From assembly GCA_029974275.1 (NCBI GenBank), contig JARKSN010000313.1, positions 22,525 through 86,524 on the forward strand: DNA of 64,000 nt. The letters are read 5' to 3'. The notes below the pieces were generated by a model that was not told the DNA's origin, did no database searches, and saw only the letters and a list, made by a program, of their open reading frames with translations. Each line of letters starts with the position of its first letter. Within the stretch, counting starts at the first letter, position 1. The DNA comes from Candidatus Hydrogenedentota bacterium. Lineage in GTDB: Bacteria > Hydrogenedentota > Hydrogenedentia > Hydrogenedentales > SLHB01. Below, piece by piece: positions 18,213 through 27,974 of the stretch. Position numbers and translations under genes: made by a program.

Positions 18213-18780
18213 GATAGATGCCTTTCCTGCGGATGAGTTGCAGCACGGCGGCCGGCAGCAGGTCGCCGAGTTCTCCGCCGTTTTGGATGCGATCGCGGAT
18301 TTCCGTGGAGGAGAGATCCACCGGCGTGAACGGCAACACCGTCGCATAGGGCCGCAGCATCGCGGGGATTTCAAACGCGCCGGGTCTGGGGACGATCAAC
18401 ACGCGCGCGCGCTCGAGAATGCCCCGCGTGTCGCGCCAAAACGGGAAATCCATGGCCATGTCGAGGCCGACGATCAAAAAAAGCTCTGCGCCGGGGTGCA
18501 TTCCTTGCAGCGCGCGGAGCGTGTCCACCGTATAGGACGGCCCTGGCCGGTCCAATTCGACGCGGCTCGCGGTCATCTGGGGCTCGTTTTCGAGGGCGGT
18601 TTCGACCATGGCAAGGCGGTCTTCCGCGCAAGCCGTTGGTCCGTCGCCTTTGTGCGGCGGGCGCGCGGCGACGACAAACAGCACGCGGTCGAGTTGACCC
18701 ACGGCCAGCGCGGCGCGCGCAATGTCGAGGTGCGCGTTGTGAATCGGGTCAAAGGTGCCGCCGTAAACGCCTAACCGCAA
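18199..18780 (-). CDS. nadD: Nicotinate-nucleotide adenylyltransferase
   Basis: GVYGGTFDPIHNAH, PPHK, SYTVDTL, LSSTEIR. Confidence 0.95.
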   Translation of the reverse strand: MRLGVYGGTFDPIHNAHLDIARAALAVGQLDRVLFVVAARPPHKGDGPTACAEDRLAMVETALENEPQMTASRVELDRPGPSYTVDTLRALQGMHPGAELFLIVGLDMAMDFPFWRDTRGILERARVLIVPRPGAFEIPAMLRPYATVLPFTPVDLSSTEIRDRIQNGGELGDLLPAAVLQLIRRKGIYHAAS

Positions 18781-18784
18781 TGCC

Positions 18785-20056
18785 TTATCCCCGAAGTTGG
18801 CCGGAACCGCGCACGATGTATTTCAAGGTGGTCAGTTCCTTGAGCGCCATCGGCCCGCGGCAATGCAGCTTGTTGGTGCTGATGCCGATCTCGGCGCCCA
18901 GTCCAAACTCGAAGCCGTCGGTGAAGCGCGTCGACGCGTTCACGTACACGGCCGCGCTGTCCACCGCATCGAGAAAGCGTTCCGCCGCCGCGTAGCTTTC
19001 CGTGACGATGGCGTCGGAATGGCGCGATCCGTAGTGATTGATGTGACGGATCGCCTCCTCGAGAGAGCCGACGATCTTGATGGAGAGAATCTTGTCCAGA
19101 TATTCCGTGCGCCAATCCTCTTCGATGGCGGGCGTGCAGTCGATGAGGCTTCGCGTGCGCTCGCAACCGCGCAGTTCGCAGCCGCCGTCCTGCAACGCCG
19201 CCGCCATGCGCGGCAACGACAACGGCGCGATGGCCGCATGCACCAACAAGGTTTCCATGGCGTTGCACGTGCCCGGACGTTGGAGCTTCGCGTTGACGCA
19301 TATTTTTTCGGCCATGTCCACGTCGGCGTCATCGTGAATGTACGTGTGGCACACGCCGTCGAGATGCGCGACGACCGGAATGCGCGACTCCTCATAGATT
19401 CGCGCGACAAGACCTTTGCCGCCGCGCGGCACGATGACGTCGATGTAGTGATCGAGTTGGAGCATCTCGCCGACGGCCGCGCGATCGGTCGTGTCGATAA
19501 TCTGGACGGCGTGTTGCGGCGCGCCGGCTTCGACGGCTCCGTCGATGAAAATGCGCGCGATGGCGAGGTTCGAATGAATGGCCTCCGACCCGCCGCGCAG
19601 AATGCACGCGTTGCCGGACTTCAAGCACAGCGCCGCCGCATCGGCGGTTACGTTGGGGCGGCTCTCGTAGATAATGCCCACCACGCCCAGCGGCACGCGA
19701 ATCTGCGCGATGCGCATGCCGTTGGGGTGCACGTATTGATGCGTCACGTCTCCCACGGGATCGGGCAACGCCGCCACGACTTCGAGTCCCTCGGCCATCG
19801 CGTCAATCCGTTTATCGGTCAGTTCGAGACGGTCGAGCATCGCCGCCGACAGGCCTTTGGCGCGGCCTGCCTCGAGGTCCTTGGCGTTTTCCGCGCGGAG
19901 AACTTCCTTGTTCGCCCGCAGGCGTTTTGCGACGGCCGACAACGCGGCGTTTTTCACGGACACCGACAACGATCGCAACGTGTCCGCGGCGTCGCGCGCC
20001 TGCCGTCCGATGGATTCCATGCGATCTTTCAAAGCCGAATTTTCTACGTGCGCCAT
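18785..20056 (-). CDS. proA: Gamma-glutamyl phosphate reductase
   Basis: [42 protein letters not shown]. Confidence 0.97.
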   Translation of the reverse strand: MAHVENSALKDRMESIGRQARDAADTLRSLSVSVKNAALSAVAKRLRANKEVLRAENAKDLEAGRAKGLSAAMLDRLELTDKRIDAMAEGLEVVAALPDPVGDVTHQYVHPNGMRIAQIRVPLGVVGIIYESRPNVTADAAALCLKSGNACILRGGSEAIHSNLAIARIFIDGAVEAGAPQHAVQIIDTTDRAAVGEMLQLDHYIDVIVPRGGKGLVARIYEESRIPVVAHLDGVCHTYIHDDADVDMAEKICVNAKLQRPGTCNAMETLLVHAAIAPLSLPRMAAALQDGGCELRGCERTRSLIDCTPAIEEDWRTEYLDKILSIKIVGSLEEAIRHINHYGSRHSDAIVTESYAAAERFLDAVDSAAVYVNASTRFTDGFEFGLGAEIGISTNKLHCRGPMALKELTTLKYIVRGSGQLRG

Positions 20057-20152
20057 CCTGCTTGCTCCTCAAGGAATGCGCCGGCCTTCGCTGGCGCCTT
20101 TCATGAATCTTGCCTGCATCTTGCGGACGGCGCGTCGTTGCGAACCTGCGCG

Positions 20153-20326
20153 CTACGCGCCGCCGTTTCCATTCGAGAATTCCTTCAGCCGGGCCAGCAT
20201 GCGCTTGATGTCGAGCGCGCCTTTGACGGCCACGAAAACGGTGATGCACGCGTACCACAAGAGCGCGGCAACGGTCAGCGCCAGCCAGAAATATTGAAGC
20301 GCGGGAACGGGCATGCTCTGTTCCAT
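20153..20326 (-). CDS. Small single-TM protein downstream of the sodium:solute symporter
   Basis: 57 aa, MEQSMPVPALQYFWLALTVAALLWY...KGALDIKRML; RBS GAGGAGG; starts 2 nt after the symporter stop. Confidence 0.7.
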   Translation of the reverse strand: MEQSMPVPALQYFWLALTVAALLWYACITVFVAVKGALDIKRMLARLKEFSNGNGGA

Positions 20327-20328
20327 GG

Positions 20329-21882
20329 CTATGCGGCCTCCTCGCCTTTCACGGCGATCTTGAGGTAGGAGCCAATCACCATCGCCAGCCCCGCGGCAAC
20401 ATAGGCCGCGATGCCGGGGATGTATGGACCAAGCCTCTCGGCAAAGGCTTCCGTCGCCGGGACTTTCTGCAACACCAAGAAACCCACCGGAAACACGGCG
20501 CCGCAGATTATCGCGCCCAAGGCTCCCCAGTTGTTCGAGCGTTTCCAGTAGCAACACGCGATGAGCAACGCCGACATGCTGGACAGGTAGACGGTGCCCG
20601 TCAAGCCGAGGTAGGTCCACACGTCGCCTTTGATCTCGTACCACAATCCGTAAAACATCAAGAACAAGCCGATCGCGCCCACCAGAATGCGGTTCGCGCC
20701 CAAACGTTTCCGCTCGGTCCACTTCGCCTTGCGCTTGCGCGAAAGGATGTCGTTGTAAATCACGCTGGCCCACGTCAACATGTAGGAGGAGTCCGTCGAC
20801 ATTTCCGCCGCCAGCATCGAGGCGATGAGAATGCCCATCAGCCCCACGGGAACGATGCTGGCCAGCAACATCGGCATCGCGACGGTTGTGTCGCTCGCGG
20901 GCACCACGCCCGAGGGAAGCGTCGCCAAGGCCGCGATGCCCCACAGCCCCGGCAGCAAGCACGCGCACACCGTAAAGAAGCACGATGCGGAATAGATGCG
21001 GCGGCTCGTGGCGGAGTCCTTCGCGGCAAGCAGACGTTGAATTTTCGTTTGCCAGGTGAGCATGGCCGCCGTCTGCAAGAGCAGATTGAACCCGATATAT
21101 TGCCACCCCATCTTCGGGTGCGCGATGGGATTGAAGCCGCCCTCGCCGTAGTGCTCCATCACGGTCGCGGTCAGCTTGCCCCAGCCGACGTCCCGGAGGA
21201 TGAGGACCGTCACGAGAAGCAGGCCGATGCTCATCACGACGAACTGAAGGAAATCGGTCACCAGCACCGAAAGCATTCCGCCCATGATTGTGTATGTCGC
21301 CACGGCTATCAGCAGGCCGGTCATGGTCAACTCAAGATAATGCGCCCCTGCCCAGGCCATTAACGCATTCATCCACGAAGGCGAGGCGGCGGCCTCGGCG
21401 GCGCGGGCGGCCGCTTGGCCGCTGATCCCGAAGACATGGACGAGAAAATTGCCGCCCATGCGCAGAAAAACGCCCATGTTGAGCAGTCCGCCCAAAATAA
21501 TCACGACGCCGCTCAAGCGGCGTATGCCATACCCGAAACGTCGCTCCAACAATTCGGGGATGGTGATGACCCCCGCGTCCCGTAACGGCTTCACGCAAAA
21601 GCCCGTCAGCCCGATGAACAGCATGGCCGCCGCGCCCAGAATGCCGACGACGGCTCCGGAAAAGCCCTTGTCGTAGCCGTTCTGCGCCATGTACATGCAC
21701 GTGACAATGCCGAATTCCGTGGCGGACAACGAAGCGATTCCCAGCGACAGCCCCATCTCGCGGCCCGCAACCAGGAAATGCTCCACTTTGCCCACGAACT
21801 TGCGCACGGCAATGCCCGCGAACATCGTCCCAACGAGATAAACGGCCACAATGGCCCAATCCAAACCCGAAAAATGCGACAT
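20329..21882 (-). CDS. Sodium:solute symporter (SSS) family protein
   Basis: DWAIVAVY, FLVAGR, TIPELLERRF, YTIMGGMLSVLVTDFLQF, AAEMST. Confidence 0.92.
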   Translation of the reverse strand: MSHFSGLDWAIVAVYLVGTMFAGIAVRKFVGKVEHFLVAGREMGLSLGIASLSATEFGIVTCMYMAQNGYDKGFSGAVVGILGAAAMLFIGLTGFCVKPLRDAGVITIPELLERRFGYGIRRLSGVVIILGGLLNMGVFLRMGGNFLVHVFGISGQAAARAAEAAASPSWMNALMAWAGAHYLELTMTGLLIAVATYTIMGGMLSVLVTDFLQFVVMSIGLLLVTVLILRDVGWGKLTATVMEHYGEGGFNPIAHPKMGWQYIGFNLLLQTAAMLTWQTKIQRLLAAKDSATSRRIYSASCFFTVCACLLPGLWGIAALATLPSGVVPASDTTVAMPMLLASIVPVGLMGILIASMLAAEMSTDSSYMLTWASVIYNDILSRKRKAKWTERKRLGANRILVGAIGLFLMFYGLWYEIKGDVWTYLGLTGTVYLSSMSALLIACCYWKRSNNWGALGAIICGAVFPVGFLVLQKVPATEAFAERLGPYIPGIAAYVAAGLAMVIGSYLKIAVKGEEAA

Positions 21883-22013
21883 AAGATTCCTCGCCTTGCG
21901 GACAGTCCGCCCTCGTTTCGCGGGTATATGACCGCGCCACTGTATCCCTTTCAGGACACGGTATCAACCCGAAATCGATCCCCCAAACACGATTTCAAAC
22001 GCCATGGCGCGCA

Positions 22014-22877
22014 TCATGCCTGCGCGAAATGCTTCGCCTCCATGCGCTTCAAGAAGGCCAGTCCCTCGCGCAACAAGTCATCGCTTGAAGACGCAAGTCG
22101 GCGCCAGATGCACGTGGCCGCCGCCATCGCCGGCGAGACCTCGCAGAAAGATTCGAGGCCCGCCACGCCGGCGTATCCGGCCTCCGCCAAGGCCCCGAAG
22201 ATGCCGTCCCAATCGACGACGCCCGTGCCGGGCGCGCCGCGATGACTCTCGCTGAGGTGGAAATGGCACAAATACGGCGCGGCTTTTTGCGTGGGGCCGC
22301 GAAAATCGGCCTCCTCGATGTTCATGTGGTATGCGTCGAGATGAACGGCCACGTTCGGTTCGCCGATCAGCTCTCGTAGTCGCAACGCTTGATCGCAGGT
22401 GTTGACCAGGAACGACTCGTACCGGTTGATGGGCTCAATGCCGACGGTCACGCCCAAGTCCCGGGCGTGCCGCGCCGTTTCCTTCAATGCCGCCGCCGCC
22501 CAATCCCAATGCCGCTGCTCCGGAAAACCGGTTATTCTCCGTCCTATGGCCGAATAAACAACCCCGGAAAAGGTCGTCGCGCCCATCCTGGCCGTCGCCT
22601 CGACGCACGCCTTGAGATACTCCACGCTGCGCCGCCGCACGCCTGGATCATCCGCCGTCGGATCGGTCGCTTCGCTGCACGCTGTCGACGCGCACACCCC
22701 GATGCCGGCGTCCGCCGCCGCCGCCCGAATGGCCGCCGCATCGATCTTTTCGATCTCCATCAACGGAATCTCGATGAGATCAAACCCCAACGCCTTGGCA
22801 TGCGCGATTAAATGCAGCGTCTCGTTCGACCAGCTTGTCGTCCATGCATACGCATGGACCGCGTACCGAATCCCCAT
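22014..22877 (-). CDS. Ketose 3-epimerase (D-psicose/D-tagatose 3-epimerase family)
   Basis: GFDLIEIP, EPINRYES, HLDAYHMNIEE, HLSESHRG, GLESF. Confidence 0.88.
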   Translation of the reverse strand: MGIRYAVHAYAWTTSWSNETLHLIAHAKALGFDLIEIPLMEIEKIDAAAIRAAAADAGIGVCASTACSEATDPTADDPGVRRRSVEYLKACVEATARMGATTFSGVVYSAIGRRITGFPEQRHWDWAAAALKETARHARDLGVTVGIEPINRYESFLVNTCDQALRLRELIGEPNVAVHLDAYHMNIEEADFRGPTQKAAPYLCHFHLSESHRGAPGTGVVDWDGIFGALAEAGYAGVAGLESFCEVSPAMAAATCIWRRLASSSDDLLREGLAFLKRMEAKHFAQA

Positions 22878-22980
22878 GACTCCCTTCCCTTTCCGCCCCC
22901 CCGATCGACCCATCGGAAAACCCCATGCCGCATAAACTATCCGCTCTTCCAGGGCTCCTGTCAAGAACGGACCCTGCCGG

Positions 22981-23009
22981 TTGACGCGTTCGGAACGCGC
23001 CGGTAAACT
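22981..23009 (+). promoter_or_regulatory. sigma70 promoter giving a probable leaderless mRNA
   Basis: TTGACG-17nt-TAAACT; ATG 7 nt downstream; no Shine-Dalgarno. Confidence 0.55.
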
Positions 23010-23016
23010 GCGCCCT

Positions 23017-23721
23017 ATGAAACCGGATGCGATCATCGTCTTGCCTGCCTACAACGAAGCTGTCCGCATCGGGGAAATCGTGCATGCCGTGCGCGCGGCC
23101 ATGCCGGACGCGGACGTCGTCGTGGTGAACGACGGATCGAGCGACGACACCGGAACGCGAGCGCGGGAAGCCGGAGCCATCGTGTTGCCGCTTCCCTTCA
23201 ACATGGGCTATGGCGTGGCGCTTCAAACCGGTTACAAATACGCCCTCGAAAAAGGCTATGCCTATCTCGTGCAACTCGACGCGGACGGCCAGCACGATCC
23301 CCGCGGGATGGCGCCGTTGCTCGATCGCGTGCGGTCGGGCGCGTGCGACGTGTGCCTCGGGTCGCGCTTTCTCGAAGGCGACACCTACCGCGTGCCGTTT
23401 GCCCGGCGTGCGGGCATGTACTTGTTCCGGCGCATCGCGACGGCCCTGATCGGCGCGACCATCACCGACCCCACCAGCGGATTTCAAGCGATGAACCGCC
23501 GCGTCGTCGCGTTTTTCTGCCGCGACCTGTACCCCGTCGACTACCCCGACACGGACGTGCTCGTGTTGCTCCACCACAGCGGCTTTCGCATCGCCGAATG
23601 CCCCGTGGTGATGTACGCCGGGCAACAAGAGAAATCCATCCATGCCGGGTTGCGGCCCGTGTACTACCTGTTCAAAATGGCGCTGGACATTCCCCTCAAC
23701 CTTCTGCGCCGGGAGAAATAA
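23017..23721 (+). CDS. Glycosyltransferase family 2 (DPM1-like)
   Basis: LPAYNEA, VVNDGSSDDT, QLDADGQH, DPTSGF. Confidence 0.92.
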   Translation: MKPDAIIVLPAYNEAVRIGEIVHAVRAAMPDADVVVVNDGSSDDTGTRAREAGAIVLPLPFNMGYGVALQTGYKYALEKGYAYLVQLDADGQHDPRGMAPLLDRVRSGACDVCLGSRFLEGDTYRVPFARRAGMYLFRRIATALIGATITDPTSGFQAMNRRVVAFFCRDLYPVDYPDTDVLVLLHHSGFRIAECPVVMYAGQQEKSIHAGLRPVYYLFKMALDIPLNLLRREK

Positions 23722-23724
23722 GCC

Positions 23725-24096
23725 ATGGACATCCGTCAAAAAGTCCTCGCGGTGGCGTGCGGCGCTGCTCTCATGATCACCATCATCGAACTCGTGCGAC
23801 GCCGCAAACTCAAGGAAGAATACTCCTGGCTGTGGCTGCTCGCCGGCGCGACCATCCTCGTGATAGGCCTTCACTATCCATTGCTCGTGTGGATCACCAA
23901 GTTCGTCGGCGCGGGCTTCACGTCCTCGACGCTCTTCTTCTTCGGCCTGTTCTTCCTGCTCGCCCTCGCCCTGCAATTCAGCGTCAAAATTTCCAGCCTC
24001 GAGACCCAACTCAAGAACCTCGCACAAAAGGTCGCCCTGCAAAACGCCCAGGAACCCGCCCAGACTCCGGAGGACATGAACCGGCCAAAGGAATAA
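23725..24096 (+). CDS. DUF2304-family membrane protein
   Basis: ELVRRRKLKEEYSWLWL; C-terminal KNLAQKVAL; typical partner of GT2 genes. Confidence 0.85.
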   Translation: MDIRQKVLAVACGAALMITIIELVRRRKLKEEYSWLWLLAGATILVIGLHYPLLVWITKFVGAGFTSSTLFFFGLFFLLALALQFSVKISSLETQLKNLAQKVALQNAQEPAQTPEDMNRPKE

Positions 24097-24125
24097 TTGC
24101 CCTTGTTTGGACGTGAAGGTTGGCT

Positions 24126-25265
24126 TTACGGAGCCGGTCGCGACGTCGCGCCGCGATACTCCAGTTCGCAGCAGCCTTGGCAGATGCAGTAGACGCCTTT
24201 CTTGAGGCGGTTGCGCAGGGCGCGCATGCGGGGGCCGTTCCAGAGTTCGCGCATGGACTGTTCGCGGACGTTGCCGACCTTGCCCGGCAGGCAGGCATAC
24301 GCGTCGCCTTTGCAGCCGATCATGAAGTTGGTCCAGGGCGACCGGCATTCGAAACGGCGCAGGTCGAGCCCGCCGTCGTAGTACTGGAGAAGTTCCTCGC
24401 GCGGCATGGTGGGCAGGCGCAGGCCGATGCCGGCCCGGTCGGCGGCGGCGCGGGTCGCGTCGAGGCAGCGCGTCAACGCCGCGCGCTCGATACGCGGCAA
24501 CCGCGCCAGGTCGATCGTCAACGTGTCCGGGTCGGTGGCGCCGACGCCGGGAACGCTGGGGATGCACATCTCGATCGCGAGGTTCAGCACGTTCGCGCCG
24601 GCCTTGGCAATGAGCGCGGGCAGTTCCGGCAGGGCGTCCAGATTGGCGTTCTGGATCACCGCCGTCACGTGGATTAGCGGACATTGCTTGCCCAGCTTCT
24701 CGCGCGCGCGCGTGAGGGCGCGCATCGCCGCAAGGGTCCGGTCGAACGCGCCTTCCGCGGTGAGTTTGTCGTGCAGGTCGCGCGGGCCTTCGAGCGAGAA
24801 ACCCGCGAACGCCAGCCCCTTGCCCATGGGCGTCTTCGGGGCGAGGCGCGCACACAGCGCGGCATTCTCGTCCGAGAGGCGCGTGCCGTTCGTGATGAAA
24901 TGCACCCGCCGCTTGCGCGCGGCGTGTTCGAGGAGCGTGACGAAGTCCTCGCGCACCCACGGCTCGCCCCCGGTGAAGGTGATCAGCCCGTACGGTACCG
25001 TCTCGTCGATCAGACGCAACCACTCCTCGGTGGTCAGTTCGCCTTCCCGCTGTTGTTCCGGCGAATTCTGGCGGTACCACTCCAGGTATTGGCACATCGC
25101 GCAGCGCAGGTTGCACCGCCGCGTCACTTCAAAAAAATAGTGCCATGCTGGAAAGGCTTTTCCCTGCGTCGACCAATGATACGGCGCCGCGCTGTACAGG
25201 CGCGTCGCCAACCGGTACAGCGATCCAAGACTCATGGGACGATTTTCAGAAGCCGTCTGCGCCAT
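24126..25265 (-). CDS. Radical SAM protein with SPASM/twitch domain
   Basis: CNLRCAMC, FTGGEP, CRSPW...GDAYAC...GNV...CQGCC. Confidence 0.9.
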   Translation of the reverse strand: MAQTASENRPMSLGSLYRLATRLYSAAPYHWSTQGKAFPAWHYFFEVTRRCNLRCAMCQYLEWYRQNSPEQQREGELTTEEWLRLIDETVPYGLITFTGGEPWVREDFVTLLEHAARKRRVHFITNGTRLSDENAALCARLAPKTPMGKGLAFAGFSLEGPRDLHDKLTAEGAFDRTLAAMRALTRAREKLGKQCPLIHVTAVIQNANLDALPELPALIAKAGANVLNLAIEMCIPSVPGVGATDPDTLTIDLARLPRIERAALTRCLDATRAAADRAGIGLRLPTMPREELLQYYDGGLDLRRFECRSPWTNFMIGCKGDAYACLPGKVGNVREQSMRELWNGPRMRALRNRLKKGVYCICQGCCELEYRGATSRPAP

Positions 25266-25352
25266 CCTTCTCGCTCTCCGTTTCAGAACGCGAACGCGAA
25301 AGCCAAGTGTAGCACGCCGGATCGCGCGGTCCCAATCGGGCGGGCGCCAAGG

Positions 25353-25781
25353 CTATGCGTCGGGATTTTTGCCCGCGCGTTTGGGAGGCGAAATCTTCAT
25401 CAGCGCGATGAGAAAGGCCCCGAGCAAGGCCCCGAACGCGGCATATTGGAGCGATCCCAGCACGCCGAAGAACAGCAGCACGCTGACGAACTCATTCCGA
25501 AACGCCGCATCGGCGGCCAGCGCAAAGACGTCGTATCCCAACGAAAGCGGCATGTCCATCCCCCGGAACAAAAGATAGGCGAACAACACGCCGCCGCCGC
25601 CCCATGCCAGCGAGAACAAGGAGGAGACCAGGCAAAGCGTCATCACCGCCGCGAAGTGCGCCGCGCCCACGAGAAAGGCAAGCCTTCGCGGCGACCGTCG
25701 CGTCGGATCGGACAGATAGACGCCCGCAACGCCTATCAGCAAAAACATGCCCATCGGAAATCCAACGTATTCCATCATCAT
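25353..25781 (-). CDS. Hypothetical membrane protein
   Basis: Several hydrophobic segments; fills the gap between co-directional genes. Confidence 0.55.
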   Translation of the reverse strand: MMMEYVGFPMGMFLLIGVAGVYLSDPTRRSPRRLAFLVGAAHFAAVMTLCLVSSLFSLAWGGGGVLFAYLLFRGMDMPLSLGYDVFALAADAAFRNEFVSVLLFFGVLGSLQYAAFGALLGAFLIALMKISPPKRAGKNPDA

Positions 25782-25821
25782 GTCGTCCTTGCGCGGCGCC
25801 GCTCAACGGGCGTCCGGAAAA

Positions 25822-27624
25822 TCATTCCGTCCGGTACACATAGCGGAACCGCGCATTGGGCGCGGCGTCCCCGTTGAGAAGGAAGGCGTCTGTATCGTCC
25901 GGCATCTGGAAGTTATCCGCCCATTTGAACGAGAGGCGCAGGGGGGCCTCTCCCTCGGGCAGGCCCAATGACGCCCGAGACGCGATCAGCATGACTTCGT
26001 TGCCTGCGACGCGGAGTTGCGCCTCTCCCGCGGGTTGCCAGTTCCAGCCGTTGCGGGTGCGTTCGAGCACGCTTGTCTTGGCGTCCTTGATCTGGCGGTT
26101 GACCGCGAAATCAAAGCCCTGCCATCCGGTGGCGGGGTTGTTGTCGCTGTCGATGAACAGCACCATCCAATCCGGGTCCGTGGACGGCGAGAGCGGATCG
26201 CGCGTTTTCGCATAGAAATACAGATTCGCCGCGTCACGGGCGACTTTCGCCAACACGATGTCATTGCGGCCGGTGTTGTTTACATAGCGCGTGGCGGTGT
26301 TGTAGCCCGGATGATCGCGGTGAAACACATCGCCGATGCCGTCGCGGTATTCCGGACCTACGTCCTCCCACGCGCCGAATCCAGCGTCCAGATCGATGGT
26401 CTTCGGCGCGGACGCAACGGGCAGTGGGCGCACGCCCTTGTATTTCCGGACGTAATCGACAAGTTGGTAGTAATAGTTGTCGCCGTGGCCGCCCTTCATT
26501 GGTTCAATGTCGCGACTGTTCTCCTGATCGAACGCGTCCACAAACATCACCGGCAGCTTCTTGCCGTTGAATTCCTGAAAACGCCCGGCGATCCACTCGT
26601 TCCATCCCGTCACAAACACCGTACGCGGGTCTTCGCGCAGCGCGCGCTCCCATTGCTCCGCGAAATTGTAGCCGTGCAACACCGCGTCGGGGCGCGTGTC
26701 GTCGCGGCCGTCGTGAAAACTGCGCCCGCGCGAGGTGGGCTCGGACATTGTCCCGAGGCGCAGGCCGCGTTCATCCGTCACGGCGTTCTGCGCGACGCCC
26801 ACCGACATCTGCTCCTTCTCGCCCTTGCTGTTGCGGAACACATGCTGCGGGTAGACCTCGAGCCAACTCCACATGTCCGGCGCGATGGGGCCCATGAAAT
26901 AATCGGGCTGCGGCCAGCGGAAGGTGAAGAAATCGTGCAGTTCCGGCTCGACCTGTTCCTTGTTCGCCAGGATGAGCGGCTTGCCCTCCCACTGAAACCA
27001 AAGGTCCTTGTGAATGCCCTTACTGTAAAGATCATCGTATATCTCGCGGACGGTCGTCTTGGGGTCCCAAAACGGCGTCAGGAACGCAATCTGCGGCACG
27101 CGGTTGCCGGCCTGTTGCACGGCGTGGAACGCTTCCAGCAACGCCATATACTGCTGCTTGTACGTGACGCGGTTGCTCGTGTCAAAAACAATGGCGTCCA
27201 CGCCGGCGTCGGCAAGCATCTGGGCATGCTTGCGCAACACCCACGGATCGTCGGTAAGGTAGTAGCCAAACAACGCCTCGCCCCAATGGTGCGGCGCATG
27301 CAGCGGGCCCCACAGCGGACTGTCGGACTTGTTCATGGCATCGGGGTCCATGCGCAGAATCCGCGTGACGTCCCACGGCCCTCCGTTCGCATGCGGGCCA
27401 AGCCACAGAAAATAAAACATACAGACATAACGTCCAGGACTATACGGTCGCGCCGTGTCGGCCATGGCCACGGCGCGCCCCAGCGCATCCGTCGCGGCCC
27501 ACGTGTCGCTGAAGACATCCCGTGCGGGGGCCGCATCTCCTTCGGCCATCGCCCCAACGGCGGCAAACAAAATAACCGCCGCCCCCACAACAAGCGCTAT
27601 GCCGCCTCTTCGTTGTCCTTGCAT
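25822..27624 (-). CDS. Secreted glycoside hydrolase-like protein (GH71/GH99-like barrel) with C-terminal beta domain
   Basis: Signal peptide; HHWGEALFGYY, HAQMLADAGVD, VTGWNEW, SRDIEP; RBS AAGGAG. Confidence 0.65.
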   Translation of the reverse strand: MQGQRRGGIALVVGAAVILFAAVGAMAEGDAAPARDVFSDTWAATDALGRAVAMADTARPYSPGRYVCMFYFLWLGPHANGGPWDVTRILRMDPDAMNKSDSPLWGPLHAPHHWGEALFGYYLTDDPWVLRKHAQMLADAGVDAIVFDTSNRVTYKQQYMALLEAFHAVQQAGNRVPQIAFLTPFWDPKTTVREIYDDLYSKGIHKDLWFQWEGKPLILANKEQVEPELHDFFTFRWPQPDYFMGPIAPDMWSWLEVYPQHVFRNSKGEKEQMSVGVAQNAVTDERGLRLGTMSEPTSRGRSFHDGRDDTRPDAVLHGYNFAEQWERALREDPRTVFVTGWNEWIAGRFQEFNGKKLPVMFVDAFDQENSRDIEPMKGGHGDNYYYQLVDYVRKYKGVRPLPVASAPKTIDLDAGFGAWEDVGPEYRDGIGDVFHRDHPGYNTATRYVNNTGRNDIVLAKVARDAANLYFYAKTRDPLSPSTDPDWMVLFIDSDNNPATGWQGFDFAVNRQIKDAKTSVLERTRNGWNWQPAGEAQLRVAGNEVMLIASRASLGLPEGEAPLRLSFKWADNFQMPDDTDAFLLNGDAAPNARFRYVYRTE

Positions 27625-27974
27625 GATCCGTCTCCTTGCCGATCGGCCCCTCGCATTTCGCTTCGCATCATACCATTCCGCAAGGAAAATCAAGAACGAG
27701 ACCCCAAGGTTTCTGTTCCAGGCTGGAATTTATCCCCATTGACAATTTTCTAGTTAGGGTATAAAGTGAAAAGTTGGAACGTAGTGCGCGAGCATCTGGA
27801 AGAAAAGGGGAGGAGGCCGCGCCGTTCTTGGGGAACGGGCGAGGGAACCGCGCCGAAAGGGGGTGAAACGCCGCGCTTTTGAATCAATACTCCATCTGGT
27901 GACGCTCAGTAAGAACATGTTTTCGCGTCCTGACTGAGTGGGTATGGCCAACGTTACAGAGGGAGGTTGCAGCT

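Noticed and set aside
27740..27974. Possible riboswitch in the leader of the secreted protease-like gene
   Set aside because: Only short hairpins are present, with no recognisable c-di-GMP, c-di-AMP, cobalamin or TPP consensus.
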